Assembly: GCA_032718475.1 (NCBI GenBank)
Contig: JAUCBJ010006452.1
Span: 1-64,000, forward strand
DNA: 64,000 nt
Reading direction: 5' to 3'
Source: Nemertoderma westbladi
Taxonomy: Eukaryota; Animalia; Xenacoelomorpha
The notes beneath the pieces are model-generated. The model was not told the DNA's origin. It worked only from the letters and a program-made list of their open reading frames with translations, and did no database searches. Below are positions 48,165 to 60,100 of the stretch, piece by piece. Made by a program: the position numbers and the translations under genes. Each line of letters starts with the position of its first letter. The stretch's first letter is position 1.

Positions 48165-49787
48165 TGTAGAGTTGTGATAAATAAATGTTTACACAAATGA
48201 AAATAAAATCTTCTTGAATGACTTTAATGACACAAACATACCCTATATAACTCAAGGAGTGCAGACCTACAAGTACATTAGATACTGTCTGCTGTATGCT
48301 TAGTAGAATCAAAGTAGCTCAATGTTAATAAATGGATCAGTTTATATGAATAAATAATTGGTGTATTTTATGAAATAAAGTAACGGACTGATAAACCAAC
48401 ACAAACTCTCCTACTAAAACGGTGCCTTGGATGCCAGATGTTGCATTGTCTATATTGGTTTAGGTACTGTAAACTAACAAAGAGGAAAGGATTTATATTA
48501 ATAAATATTTGAAATTCCAATTTGTTGTCGTCATGTGATGTCTGCATATAGGGTAATGACTAATATACATTGCGGTGTGGAGTGGAGTTGATATGAATCT
48601 ATCGAGGGGAGTTTACAGAACCCAAGTTATATAAAAAAATGAAGTTTATTATATATTTTAAGAGATATTGAAATTTAGAGGCATCATGCTTATAAATAAA
48701 ATTTAGTTATATAGGCAAAATGTACAAAGCAAACAGAACAGGCCCTGACATACATGAGTCTGGGTTCGGCTAAGCTGTCTAGCATTCAAAGCACTGTGAC
48801 CAAACAGTGCTGCCTCATCTAGAGATCGAACAATTTGGACCTGATACTTAGGAAACCCAGGAATGTCACCTCTAGACCAATCTGCTCTATCCAAAATAAA
48901 CATAAAGACACTTTTTAGGCGATTCATATCTTCGGCCTTTGGGAGATATATTTCTTTACGTTTCTTTCATCATCATCTTATCATTACCATCAACATTTAG
49001 CTCATTTATCACACATCCTACCATACAGTAGGGCCTTCCTACTGTACTGTATGTACAGTATACTGTACAGCATTGGGGGGTCTCATTTGTTTCCTAAGCT
49101 TCTTTTGCGTGCAAATTGTGAACAGTCTGTGACTCTGAGAAATAAATGGCTGCGACATGACGCCGGCAATATAATACACACAATATTTATATTACCTCGT
49201 TGCAACCACATTTCGAGCGCTACTGTATGGAATACTTCTTGCAACTGCTGCTCTGGTTGCAGCTCAGTATCCCTCGTGTAATGTGTCTGACTGCCCAACA
49301 GCTACTGTAGGACTGTAGATGTAGAACTAAACATGATCTGACTTTATCTGATTATTAGACTGTGCAATACAGCCATTATAGAGTTACTGTATTTGTTATG
49401 CAGGTTACTGTAGATATAGTAGTAAACAATTTTGGTCCTTATTATTCTTACTTTTGGTTCTTTCTTATTTTGGTTGCATGTACTTAGGCGGTTGGTTTGG
49501 GCTTTAGTGGTAGTGGTATCAGTTTTGGGTTTCATCTATCTACTATCTGTCTGATTTATTTTATTTCTGTATTTCAGTAGGCCTACCTATTCTTTTACGT
49601 TTCCTGTAAGGTCAGGTCAGGTATTCTAGGTCATTGATCAAGAAAACTTGCCACCTACATGCAGCATAAAGGAGGTGCCACCGGTAGCTGCATAGACCCT
49701 CTTACTAGGAAAAATCTGGTCCTGTAACTAGGACCCCCTTCGTTCTGGGATAAGGACGCCCTTGGTCCTTGATTAAGGACCCTTATA

Positions 49788-50180
49788 CAGTCTTGTTCAC
49801 AATTAAAATCCATTCTTCAATCTGCATCAATCCGAATCAATCTACTCTCATAGAAAAATAATAGTTAGATTGATGAAATTGAACCTACGTTCAACTTCTT
49901 CAATCCAGACTTTCTGTCTAGATTGATCAGATTTAACAGATTGAAAATGTAGAGCCGAAGTATCCCTCTGTGCAGAGATGCCATGGGTTAGTATAGGGCT
50001 GTGTAGGGCAGGGGAATAAAGAGCAGGGCGGCTAGGCGGGTAGACTAAGCTCAAAGAGCATGGCGGCTGCATCAAACAACTATAGGCCAGGCTACTAATG
50101 GGATCCCGCAAAGCCTTAGATTGATTGACAGGCACTGTCACAATACAGTTGGTGTGTGTGTGGTGTTCTACTGAATTGCG
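49788..50180 (+). mobile_element. Partial second copy of the Tc1/mariner-type element
   Basis: TA|CAGTCTTGTTCACAATTAAAATCC; matches 5237-5271 plus 15895-16240. Confidence 0.88.
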
Positions 50181-50499
50181 GTAGTGTACTGTAGAATACT
50201 GTAGTTAAATTCCTCCTTTCCAGTTATCCAGTTGCAGTCTATACAATGTACTGTAGATTATTTGACTTGGCTAACCGCACTATTCCCTTCATTAAATATT
50301 ACAATAAACGAATAAACCCCTGGAAAAATGCTTGGTAGAATGTAAAAAAACCCTCATAAATTGTCTACTTACTGTTATATGGTGTGGTATGTATGGGGGA
50401 GGGAGGAGGTTAAATAGTTTTTAGGCTTATAATAGGTACAGTACGTTTTATGTAGTTGAACGGCTACCTTAATGACATCATGTCTTTATATAAGTATGT

Positions 50500-50730
50500 G
50501 TTTTGTTTGACCACAAAAGTACTGTTTACGATTGGCCGTTTTTGGGACGTTTTGTTCCCACATCTTTTCAGACTGAAAAACTGGCCCGAAAAGCGTCACA
50601 AGTCAGTAAAAACGGCTGAATGTTATCATTATCAATATAAAAGAAAAGGATTCTAGAACAAAATAATGTAAAATGTGGTAACAAAACGTCCGAAAAACGT
50701 CCCATAAAGTTCAATCGAAGTTTACTTTTA
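50500..50730. repeat. Small palindromic MITE-like element
   Basis: Inverted arms CGTTTTTGGGACGTTTTGTTCCCACAT / ATGTGGTAACAAAACGTCCGAAAAACG. Confidence 0.6.
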
Positions 50731-50829
50731 TGTCGGCCGTCTGTATAGATAACCAAGGTCACCTTTTTAAAACTCTTATAAAAAGAATTTAAAGGCAAGG
50801 TCGAAAATTCCGGCTTCATGATGAACATC

Positions 50830-51870
50830 GACTGTGAGTGAGTTGAACTCTGTTGTGTATTCGTAGAAGCACATTTTACAAACAGTTATAGTAGGTAATG
50901 CTATTTCTGTTGTTACTAAAGTCACTTCTGGAACAGTACAGGGAAGGGTCTTAGGTCCGCTATTGTTTTTGTTGTACGTAAACGACTTACCTGATGCACT
51001 CGTTAGTCCTACAAATGACGTTAGTTGTGAATTATTTGCTGATGACCTCAAACTGTACAGTAAAGCTTCAGCCAGCAAATCGTTGGCAGATGCCCTCACA
51101 GCACTCGAAACCTGGGCTAGTGAATGGCAAGTTAAAATTGCCACTCATAAATGTTAACAGTGTTGAACATTTCCACATCAGTTAATAATTTATCCCAGGA
51201 TAAATTCGTCCTGTATGGTAAAGCCTTGTCGCTAGATAAATCTTGTAGGGACCTTGGTGTCTCTATAAGTAGCAATCTAAAATTTGACCTCCACTACCGT
51301 GAGCAGGTCCAAAAGGCTTTTCGTATTGTTAATATGATATTTAAGTGCTTTTACACTAGCAATCTCAATGCGTTACTAACAGCGTACACATCTTATGTTC
51401 GACCCATATTGGAGTACTGTACACCAGTTTGTTCGCCTTTTAATTTGGGGTCAATAGATCTTATTGAACGAGTCCAAAGATATTTTACCCGTCGTTTGTA
51501 TGTTCGTTGTAAATTTGATCGTGCTGACTACTTAGATCGACTCCTACGTTTAAAACTACAGCCGCTAGAAGTCCGAAGACATATTTTTGATCTAAAGCTG
51601 GTGTATATGATATTATAACAAACTTGTTGATTTAAACTTTGATGACTTCTTTCTATATCAGTTAGAAATAATAATAGGGGTCATTCCATGAAACTTTACA
51701 AGTCCTTTTCCAGACTTCAGATAACTAAAGAATCGTTCTCAAATCGTGCAGTAGATATTTGGAATGGCCTGCCGCAAGATGTCGTTAGTGCATCCAATAT
51801 TAATATTTTTAAAGATAAAATAAAATAAGTTGACCTGTTACCTTATTGTAATTTTAATAGATTTATAGAT
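50830..51870 (+). mobile_element. CR1-type LINE 3' fragment
   Basis: QG.VLGPLLFLLYVNDL, LFADDLKLY, RDLGV, YVRPILEY, IERVQRYFTR motifs. Confidence 0.9.
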
Positions 51871-52409
51871 TGAAATTTCTATGCTTATTTTATTTTTTCT
51901 GATAACTGAACCTTCACTTTTGATCCACTAAGAAACATATCATATGTTGTATTTTATTCTTTTTATTTTTTTCCTTTTAAGAACGTTTTTTATTTAATAC
52001 TTTCACCCCATGACTACAGTACGTGTTTATAATCTATGTTCCCCGTTTTGTAATTTCTGTCGTAACTTAATAACAACATTATTGCATTATTGATATATTT
52101 GACGTTTTATGTATGTAACCACCTATAAGCGTAACAGTAGCATTTACGCGAATTGTACCTTGGTGGTGTTTCCCCCTTTAATTTTAATTTTAATTAATGT
52201 TAATATTAAATGAGTGTTGTAATAATAATAATAAAAAAGTATTTGGGGGGCGGGGGGGGGGGGGGGGGGGGGGTAATCCGTGTTATCAGAAAATTGCACA
52301 TTTCTACAAGTAAAATACCTACATCATCATTCTAACATTCGATGTGGAATTTAAATAAAATTTATTTAATTAATATCATTGCAAATATTAATTTTGTTAA
52401 TTTTTGCAG

Positions 52410-52627
52410 CATAAAATAGACGGAGTTGGTCTTCTTACTATAACAGAGGACGATCTGAGACAACCCCCTCTTTCCATACCAGTTCTAGGCGACATCAAGC
52501 GGATTGTCATTGCATTGCGAGATCTCAAAAACCATAACGTCGCTGCCGTTAGGCGGTTGTCTACTGTGGATTTCTTGCAATCAGAACCGCAGCCAACTCA
52601 AAGTAATAGAAGGCAGACAAATCATGT
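52410..52627 (+). CDS. SAMD8: SAM-domain exon of sphingomyelin synthase-related protein (SMSr)
   Basis: TTTTTGCAG acceptor and GTAAGT donor. HKIDGVGLLTITEDDLRQPPLSIPVLGDIKRI resembles the SAMD8 SAM signature (DG..LL...E.DLR.PPL.I.VLGDIKR). Confidence 0.85.
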
Positions 52628-52899
52628 GTAAGTTTACATTATTAGATAACGATATGTTTTTACTTTCGATTGGCATATTTCCGTAATTACAGACTAGTCT
52701 AAAGTCATAAACAATGTTCATGTCATGTCATACATCGAACATACATTTAATAAATTTATTGGGGGGCGAGGACTGTAAAACAGTATTTTGTTTCTGTATG
52801 TATCTATTTTTGTTTCTGGATGTAAAGTCAACGACCATTTTGGTTTCATTTTAGGCTCTAGGCTGAAAAGTACTGTAGCAAATATTTCAGAATGTTAAA

Positions 52900-53745
52900 T
52901 TTTTCCCTTTGTTGGGTAATTCTGAATCTACACTGTGGGGACGGTTTTTAAGGTCGCTGATCACGATTCAACTCGTTAAAATTATTTCACGATATCGCAA
53001 AGATCGTTTTATGTGATTACCTGGGGCGACGAAAAATACAAGTAGCATAAAATTTCGAACTCCCAAAAATTTAATTTGTTTGGATAAATGTGAAGGTTTT
53101 TCGAGGTCGCTGATCACGATATAACTTGTTATAAATCTTTTATGGTAGTGTAACTATACAATTTATTAGCGATATGTGCTACTTGTATTTTTCGTGCCAC
53201 ATTGGCAAATTTTAAAAATATCATAAACATTCAGACTCTGAATTTTTGAGAGTCATATTCTAATTTAGCTATACAGAAAACTCATAAAGCCATAAAAACT
53301 GGTTGATTTGGTAATTAATTACTTATGATTATCTAATATTTGGTACTTGTAATTTTCGTTCCACTTTACATTGGCACAAAAATATACCACAATAAATCGG
53401 ATACTATATCAGCTTCCCATAAAACCCATAATGTCATAAAATTAGATTGATTTGGTGGTTTTTTTTTACATGATCGTATTCGCATAACTTTTTTTAGTGC
53501 TCCAGAGGGAGATTCCAAATTACCAGAAATCTTTTCGAATCCTTAATTTAAGTTCTAGATTCTAGAATCTAGAATCGTAATCAGCATCCAAAAACCCCTT
53601 TATATCGCAAATATATTTAGTTTAGCGAGCCATAAAAACCTTTTAAAATTTCAGCACGAAAAATATTGGAGATGGGTGCCAGAAAGGGACCACAGCACGA
53701 AAACTAACATAGCCATATATAATGGGCGTTTACGCTGTTGGTTTA
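52900..53745 (-). repeat. Diverged inverted copy of the internal sequence of the 18569-38722 DNA element
   Basis: 53654-53742 is the reverse complement of ~19046-19140; shared GCTGATCACGA motifs. Confidence 0.65.
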
Positions 53746-53756
53746 CGCAATATGAT

Positions 53757-53991
53757 GGTGCTCTCCATAGCGAGGAATGTCAGCCGGCCCTGTTGGGACT
53801 CGGACCCGGTACCTAGGTTTCAAACTTCCGGTTATCATCAGCCGGTTGAGTGTACTGAGCTACCAGACCGGATGAATATTTCGCTGTGGAGTGGGATATC
53901 ATATTTAGGCCAACTAATCAGTCAAAGGAAGCCTGGGTGCCGGGTTCGAGCCCCGGTGGGGCCGGTTGATATTTTTCGCTGTGGAGAGCAT
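53757..53991. repeat. Two inverted tRNA-derived SINE-like heads
   Basis: Minus strand has A box GGTAGCTCAGT and B-box variant GGGTCCGAGTCCC; plus strand has GGGTTCGAGCCCC. Both share the tail TCGCT(A/G)TGGAGAGCA. Confidence 0.6.
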
Positions 53992-54104
53992 TATCATATT
54001 GTCTTATTTACATTGTATATTTAATACACCGCGTCACTCACCCCACAACAATTCACTTATTATTATTGAATAAATAATTATGCATCGTGTATAATAATAC
54101 TGTT

Positions 54105-54758
54105 CTACCATTCGGAAATTAGAATCCCTCCTAAGACAATAGTAATGATTACAGCAACTACGTGCGTGGTTGTTGGTGCGGCATTGGTCTCAGTAACCAA
54201 TGATGTTGATGTAGACCCACCTTCGGTAGTGGATTCAGTAACTCTCCATTGGATCCATTGCTCTGCTGGAGGGCAGGGGCCCGTGGGACAGCACTGATAT
54301 TGGCAAGCTTCGTGTGTTACTGTGAGATCAACCTTTGCCCAGTTGATAATCGCCATAACTCTAACTAGATAGTCATCTCTGTACTCCGGGGCGGCATCAG
54401 GTAGAGAAACTGTCACGAAATGGGTGCAAAACGCTTCGTTTAAAGGGACGCAATTGTACTCGGCCACGTGGCATACCCCGTCTTGATAATCGAACACGAT
54501 CTCCTCATTGTACTCCTCCGAATAGCCAGTAAGTGTGTATGATACAACGGCACAACTGAAACACTCGCTGTGTGTGAAATTACCTTGAACGAAGTCGTTG
54601 CTTTTCGCAAAGTGAGATGCTCTATCTTGATACTTTTTTAATAAGGCGTCGTTCTTGCTGGTAAGCGACCAGTCCATTCCACCTGGACACGTGAAGTTGG
54701 AGACTGCCTTAGTAGCAGGGAGTATAGTTATAACAAATAGAGTATAGATGATTTGCAT
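54105..54758 (-). CDS. Intronless secreted Cys-rich protein with Thr-rich stalk and hydrophobic C-terminus (GPI/TM; Ly6-like?)
   Basis: 217 aa, signal peptide MQIIYTLFVITILPATKA, CFSC...YQCC..GPC cysteine pattern, C-terminal VVAVIITIVLGGILI. Confidence 0.8.
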   Translation of the reverse strand: MQIIYTLFVITILPATKAVSNFTCPGGMDWSLTSKNDALLKKYQDRASHFAKSNDFVQGNFTHSECFSCAVVSYTLTGYSEEYNEEIVFDYQDGVCHVAEYNCVPLNEAFCTHFVTVSLPDAAPEYRDDYLVRVMAIINWAKVDLTVTHEACQYQCCPTGPCPPAEQWIQWRVTESTTEGGSTSTSLVTETNAAPTTTHVVAVIITIVLGGILISEW

Positions 54759-55247
54759 TTTATAACTGCTAGCTACCCTTACATATACAATACAGAGCAG
54801 TATTATACACCGACCGAAAATGTAATTCCACGCTAATTGTAAATAATCCCACGCCTAATATTCTAAAAGAGGTGAATTATTTAACTATATTACACAGCGA
54901 AATTTTAACACAATATAACTAATTCACAGGGAGATTTTATTCTCTATAGCACATTTAGACAGGGGGGGAAACTCGACGCAATAGTGAAGGTTTAGAATCC
55001 GGGATGTTTCGTATTTTTGCTAGATCGGTAGCCGAAATAACAGAATAAATTATGCCAAAATAATTAATTAACTATATTCAGTACATTCAGTTTGGGTTTA
55101 TCGCTACAAATATAGTGATGCTTTGTTTTTTCAAATCGAACTAACAATACAAATTTTATTGAATTAATTTCAATTGGGTTTTCTACAATATTTCTAACTC
55201 TCGTTAGTAGTCTTGGCCTTGGGTCTTGGCCTTGGCCTCGGGTCTTG

Positions 55248-55533
55248 GCCGGCTCTGTGACAGTTGGACCCCACTGACACCCATTGGGTGTCATATGACA
55301 CCCAATTATCACCCTATGGGTGTCATTGGCGCCAGACTGTCTGGGTGACACCTCCCAATTAGGCTAATTAGACCCCAATTGACAGGTGTCATCAATTAAT
55401 TAGTACAATTAAACCCCAACAGGTGTCATATGACTCCTAATTAGGGTTTGATTGATTATCCTAATTAATCAGACTGATTAGCGCCGTGACATACAATGGG
55501 TCATCAGTGAGGTCCAACTGTCGCAGAGCCGGC
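55248..55533. mobile_element. MITE
   Basis: TIRs GCCGGCTCTGTGACAGTTGGACC / GGTCCAACTGTCGCAGAGCCGGC, with internal TGACAC/GTGTCA repeats. Confidence 0.75.
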
Positions 55534-56504
55534 TCAAGAGGGTGTCATAAGTGACACTGCAGCTCTTTTATTCATTAATACCTATTTATTTATATTTAAT
55601 TTTAATTAATTGTTTGTATTCTATTTTACTTTATTTATTCATTTGTACTTTATTTTAAATTAATTAATTGTTTATATTACTTTTACTTTATACATTGATT
55701 TCTATTTTTAGATTAATTAGTTTTTATATTACCAATGAGATCACTATGACATAATGTCTATATTTATCTTTATAATGGCTATGGTATACGGCTCCCTACT
55801 GGCAACTATCAACTGCGTTCATCGGCGGGGGACCCCTCCTCTGCCCTCATTATTCGCATACGGGGCCCCTCCTCTGCCCTCATTATTCATTAAGTAGATA
55901 CAACAGGCAATAAATCTACACGTATACCCCAAAGGCAAATATAAACAGCCCCTTCGATGACTCACTAATAATCCCATCGCAGCCTTGACTACACCAAATC
56001 CGTATATCGCTCAAGGCTAATGCTCTAGCGGCCCTCCTTTGTTCTCACTATAGCCGACATCACTTGGGTCCTTTCCTATATCCAAGCAGCCCATATCATA
56101 ACAATGAAGCGCCTCTAAACACGCATTCCTCTCTACTAATCCCTTTCCTTTGCACCAGACCTGCTTCTGTTATACAGCCAACTCAACATAATTAGTCAAG
56201 ATGCCTACAGGAGTTTTCTAATATAGATTCATCAACACGAGAAGTTGCCCTGGTTACCGCTTATGCACGAACATCCAATTAGCGGGCTTCATTTCTACTG
56301 CTGCGTTCTGATTGGCTCATTTAAGAGACAAGGGCCTCCCTTAATAACCGAATTGCTATTTAATACATCCCCACCAATTTATTACGTCATTATTTTAAAC
56401 GATTAACATCATTTACCATTATTTTGTTTTCGAATTTAATATTATTTATTAAGAATATTTATTTGTTATCATCAGTCAACAACCCACTTGTAGAGTTGTA
56501 TTAT

Positions 56505-57125
56505 TGTCATTTTGCCGCGTTATCGCTCATCGTCGACATCGAACTTTCCGCTTAGCCGTCGCGTAATATTCTTCCGATACCATTCCGTTCTATCGATTAA
56601 TAAACTCTTTTGTCGTCCACGGCAACCAACTTCTTCGCGAACATCCAAACTTCATCTTTCCGTTGAATATTTACTAACACTGTAAGTAAAATCTGCCTTC
56701 CACCATCTCCATCGACGCCGCTAGCAAACAATTTACATTTAATGTCTACCGATACAACAGTATTGCAGTAGGCTCATTATTAATTACTATCAGACTGCGG
56801 TGCTACCGATAGCCTAAACCGTGATTGAGGCATTCGATCAATAGGCCTACAACTGTTTATCTGCTTATAGTATTTTTTATCTTTTTACAAATAATCAACT
56901 TATTTTTCTAGTGTCATTTTGCCGCGTTATCGCTCATCGTCGACAACAAACTTTCCGCGTTTCCATTGTGTAATATTTTTTCGATACCATTCCGTTCTAT
57001 CGGTTAATAAATTATCTCGTCGTCCACGTCAACCAACTTCCTCACAAACTTCCAAACTTCTTCTTTCCGTGAATATTAACTAATACCGTAAGTAAAATCT
57101 GCCGGTGTCTGTCATTTCGCCGCAT
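56505..57125. repeat. ~195-bp direct repeat (two copies; a third start is cut by the B2 insertion)
   Basis: TGTCATTTTGCCGCGTTATCGCTCATCGTCGAC at ~56505 and ~56912; TGTCATTTCGCCGCAT at 57110. Confidence 0.8.
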
Positions 57126-60100
57126 TGTACGCGCTTTTGTAGACCTTTAGCAGTTTAACCTGCCAAAATTTATATGTCTTTAATTGTTAAATTGACTTTA
57201 GAAGATGACAAAGATTTAACACAAAACAAACAAAAACATTAGTCGAAGCCAGTCGATGCGCGTTCATTCACCCGATGGTTACACCCGGGAGACTGGATTC
57301 GTATGCTTAGATTTATTGCGGTGAAGCCTACTGTATTATTCGATTGATCACTAATATATAATCTCTGACAAGTATTATTCACTTTCGGGAAATATTAGCA
57401 GTTCCTTTAGGACGTGGCGTTCTACCTATGTAAACAGAGCTATGACTTATACTAAACACAACGATATGGCTTAGAATTCAAGTATGAGACGCATTCTTTA
57501 GGAGATGCTTAGTTATCAGCCACAATCATACACACTACCGGTAACGCACAATACTGCTCACTGGTATGCCGACAGTTACTGACTTTGATCAGGTATAAAG
57601 AGGAACACACTGGACTCATGTAGTATCTATTAAACAGCATTAGATTCACTACAAACACAATAATATAAGTCGCAATTGTTGTATGTATCCTGTCTCTCTA
57701 ACCTGTAGTGTATCAAGAATATTGGAAAATTTGGGTTGTTTATCGATATTCTTCAACTAATAACATCCAACTAGACTGATACAAATAATCACAAACAGTA
57801 AAAGCAGTAAGACGGTAGGTTACGATATGATAAGTATGAATGAGTTGTTGTGATAAGATTGGACCGTGATTAGACCGTGGTTTGATAACAGTTATACTTT
57901 CTATAATCTAAGCCTACTAAGGTTCCTTCTAAAGTCTGAAACATAGAGTCATTCCAAAAGCCGATGTTCAGGCAATAGGAACGACATAACACACATACTG
58001 ACTCGCCCAGCCTCGATCTGGAGAGTATCTCTTCAGAGAAAACGAAAATCGCCCTGATTGGCCGTTAGGCAGAAACAAAGAAACCAGGTGTCCAATGAGG
58101 GCTCCTTCCACGTCATCAGCCAGCTGGGAGATGTCGTAATCGGAATTCTTCCCACGACATGGTGACAGAGAGAATGCCGCATTGCGGGTTTTGTACCTTG
58201 TTATGTCCGCTAAAGCACACATCCAGAAGAATCAACATTTATTTCCGTTAAAAACACCTATACATTACTTTGAGGGCCAGGGAATTAATTATATCCGTAA
58301 ACGCGTTTACAGTAGGTTTTAGAGTATTTGAGCGCACGGGGGGAAAACTGGATTGCGGAGCAAAGGAGCAGTTATATCCCATAGAAGCTTTTACACCGCT
58401 CCCAGAAAATGGGATTTAAGTCTATAAAATATACTAAATCACAGTTTCTAATATACGTAAATACTCTAAACAGTTAGTCTTTCTTGTGCGGACGGCGTTT
58501 ACGCAGTTTTTTAAAGCTAGCCAGAGTCTTTTTCTCTTTGGGGCGAGCCACTGTACAAGGAGGGCTATAACTCCTGGGTGAAGGGTGCAATATGATTGCA
58601 TCAGAAGGTGTAGGATTATAGTCGGGGTATCCGCCGTTTCGATATGTTTCTCCTCAAGCTGATTTTCCTCCGCTCATCGTTGGATACGTTCGTCTAAAAC
58701 TCTCGCCGAGAATAGGGTCGTCCAAGTTCAATATCGTCTTAGGGACTATGGATTTCCCAATCGAACTGGGATAAAGCCAATCCGTTTACCGCTTGGACTT
58801 GCTGTTATAATTTAGGTTTATCTGAACAAACGTAGGTTTCTTTTCTGATCTTTGTAGAATAGCGTCTATCTCGTTTCGTACAACGCTCTCCTCCGCCTTG
58901 ATGATGGGTGGTAACGGGTTAAACAGGGACGATTCCGATTATACGGTTGAATGGCGATATTGGGTGTCCGTCCCCCAATCCGGTCAGGTAAGATAGGCGG
59001 ATATTTAGGGAGCCATCAACCTGAGTGCCACCGACTAACGGTTCGGGTAACACTGGATCTCTGAACGGTAAGTACAGTTCGTGAGGATCCGTGATACTAT
59101 TAGGATCAAGAGTCCGAGGTCTAACTGAGGAATGAGGAGGTCTGACCGAGCATTCCGGAACTCAGATCATAGGTCTACTCAAGGATCGCCTGAGCCGAGA
59201 GAGCGTGGGTGACACATCGGACAAGTTTCTCCCGAAACTCCCGCAAACACAGCGAACAAACCGTGTTTAAAGCAACGTCTCCACTGGCGTTTATGTCTTT
59301 CCGTTTGTTGGTTGGTCTTGGGCATTCATCGTAATAATACCAAGACACACGTCTTGTAGGGGAAACGCGGGTGATATTTATTTGGTGTTACAATGCTTCT
59401 CTCAAGAATTCTAAATATACGTTGGAGTTACCGCGTTTATCCGCTTCTTGAACGTCTTTTCTTTCGAGTCGATTTCGAATAGAATTTTCGCATTCGAATT
59501 TCAGTTTATTGTTGCGACTCCGCTGGGTAGGATATTTAAATAATACCATTTCCCTTTTTGCGTTGACATAGTCCGTATCGTGTAAGTCGATAGAATGGCC
59601 GGTAGTTAAGAAGTCCATATACGTACCATTACGATGCGTATAGCGAGCGGTGAATCTTGCTATAGTCCAATTCACGCGTAAGTTGCTCCTGGGACATAGG
59701 CGGTTCGATATAACTACCATCGTCCTCCGTAGTAGTTGGATCAGCTTCACCGCGTATCAAGCTTATCCACAAACGCTTGTAAAGGTAGAGTATATCTCTC
59801 TCTAATACCAAGATCATCTTCTATCAACTCCGTCATATCTGCTTATATGAGTTTATTAATATTATAATGAGTTTAGCTTTAGGCGAGCGGGCGTCGCTGC
59901 CTACTCCTCTCTGCCCCCGGACAGTGGGATCCTCAGCGCCGATGCACCGTTGTCGCGGTGTTTACGCCAACGTAGTAGCAACAGCACGACAACGATAACC
60001 GGCACAAGTCACTCCACTGTCCGTCCCAAAGTCTTGAAATCACTTAAGGTTTTACGGCAGAGTTAAGGTTACTTTCACAATTGCGACTCGCTACTGTAAA

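Noticed and set aside
53757-53991. Functional tRNA genes
   Set aside because: D and anticodon regions are aberrant, and shared non-tRNA tails indicate SINE-like relics.
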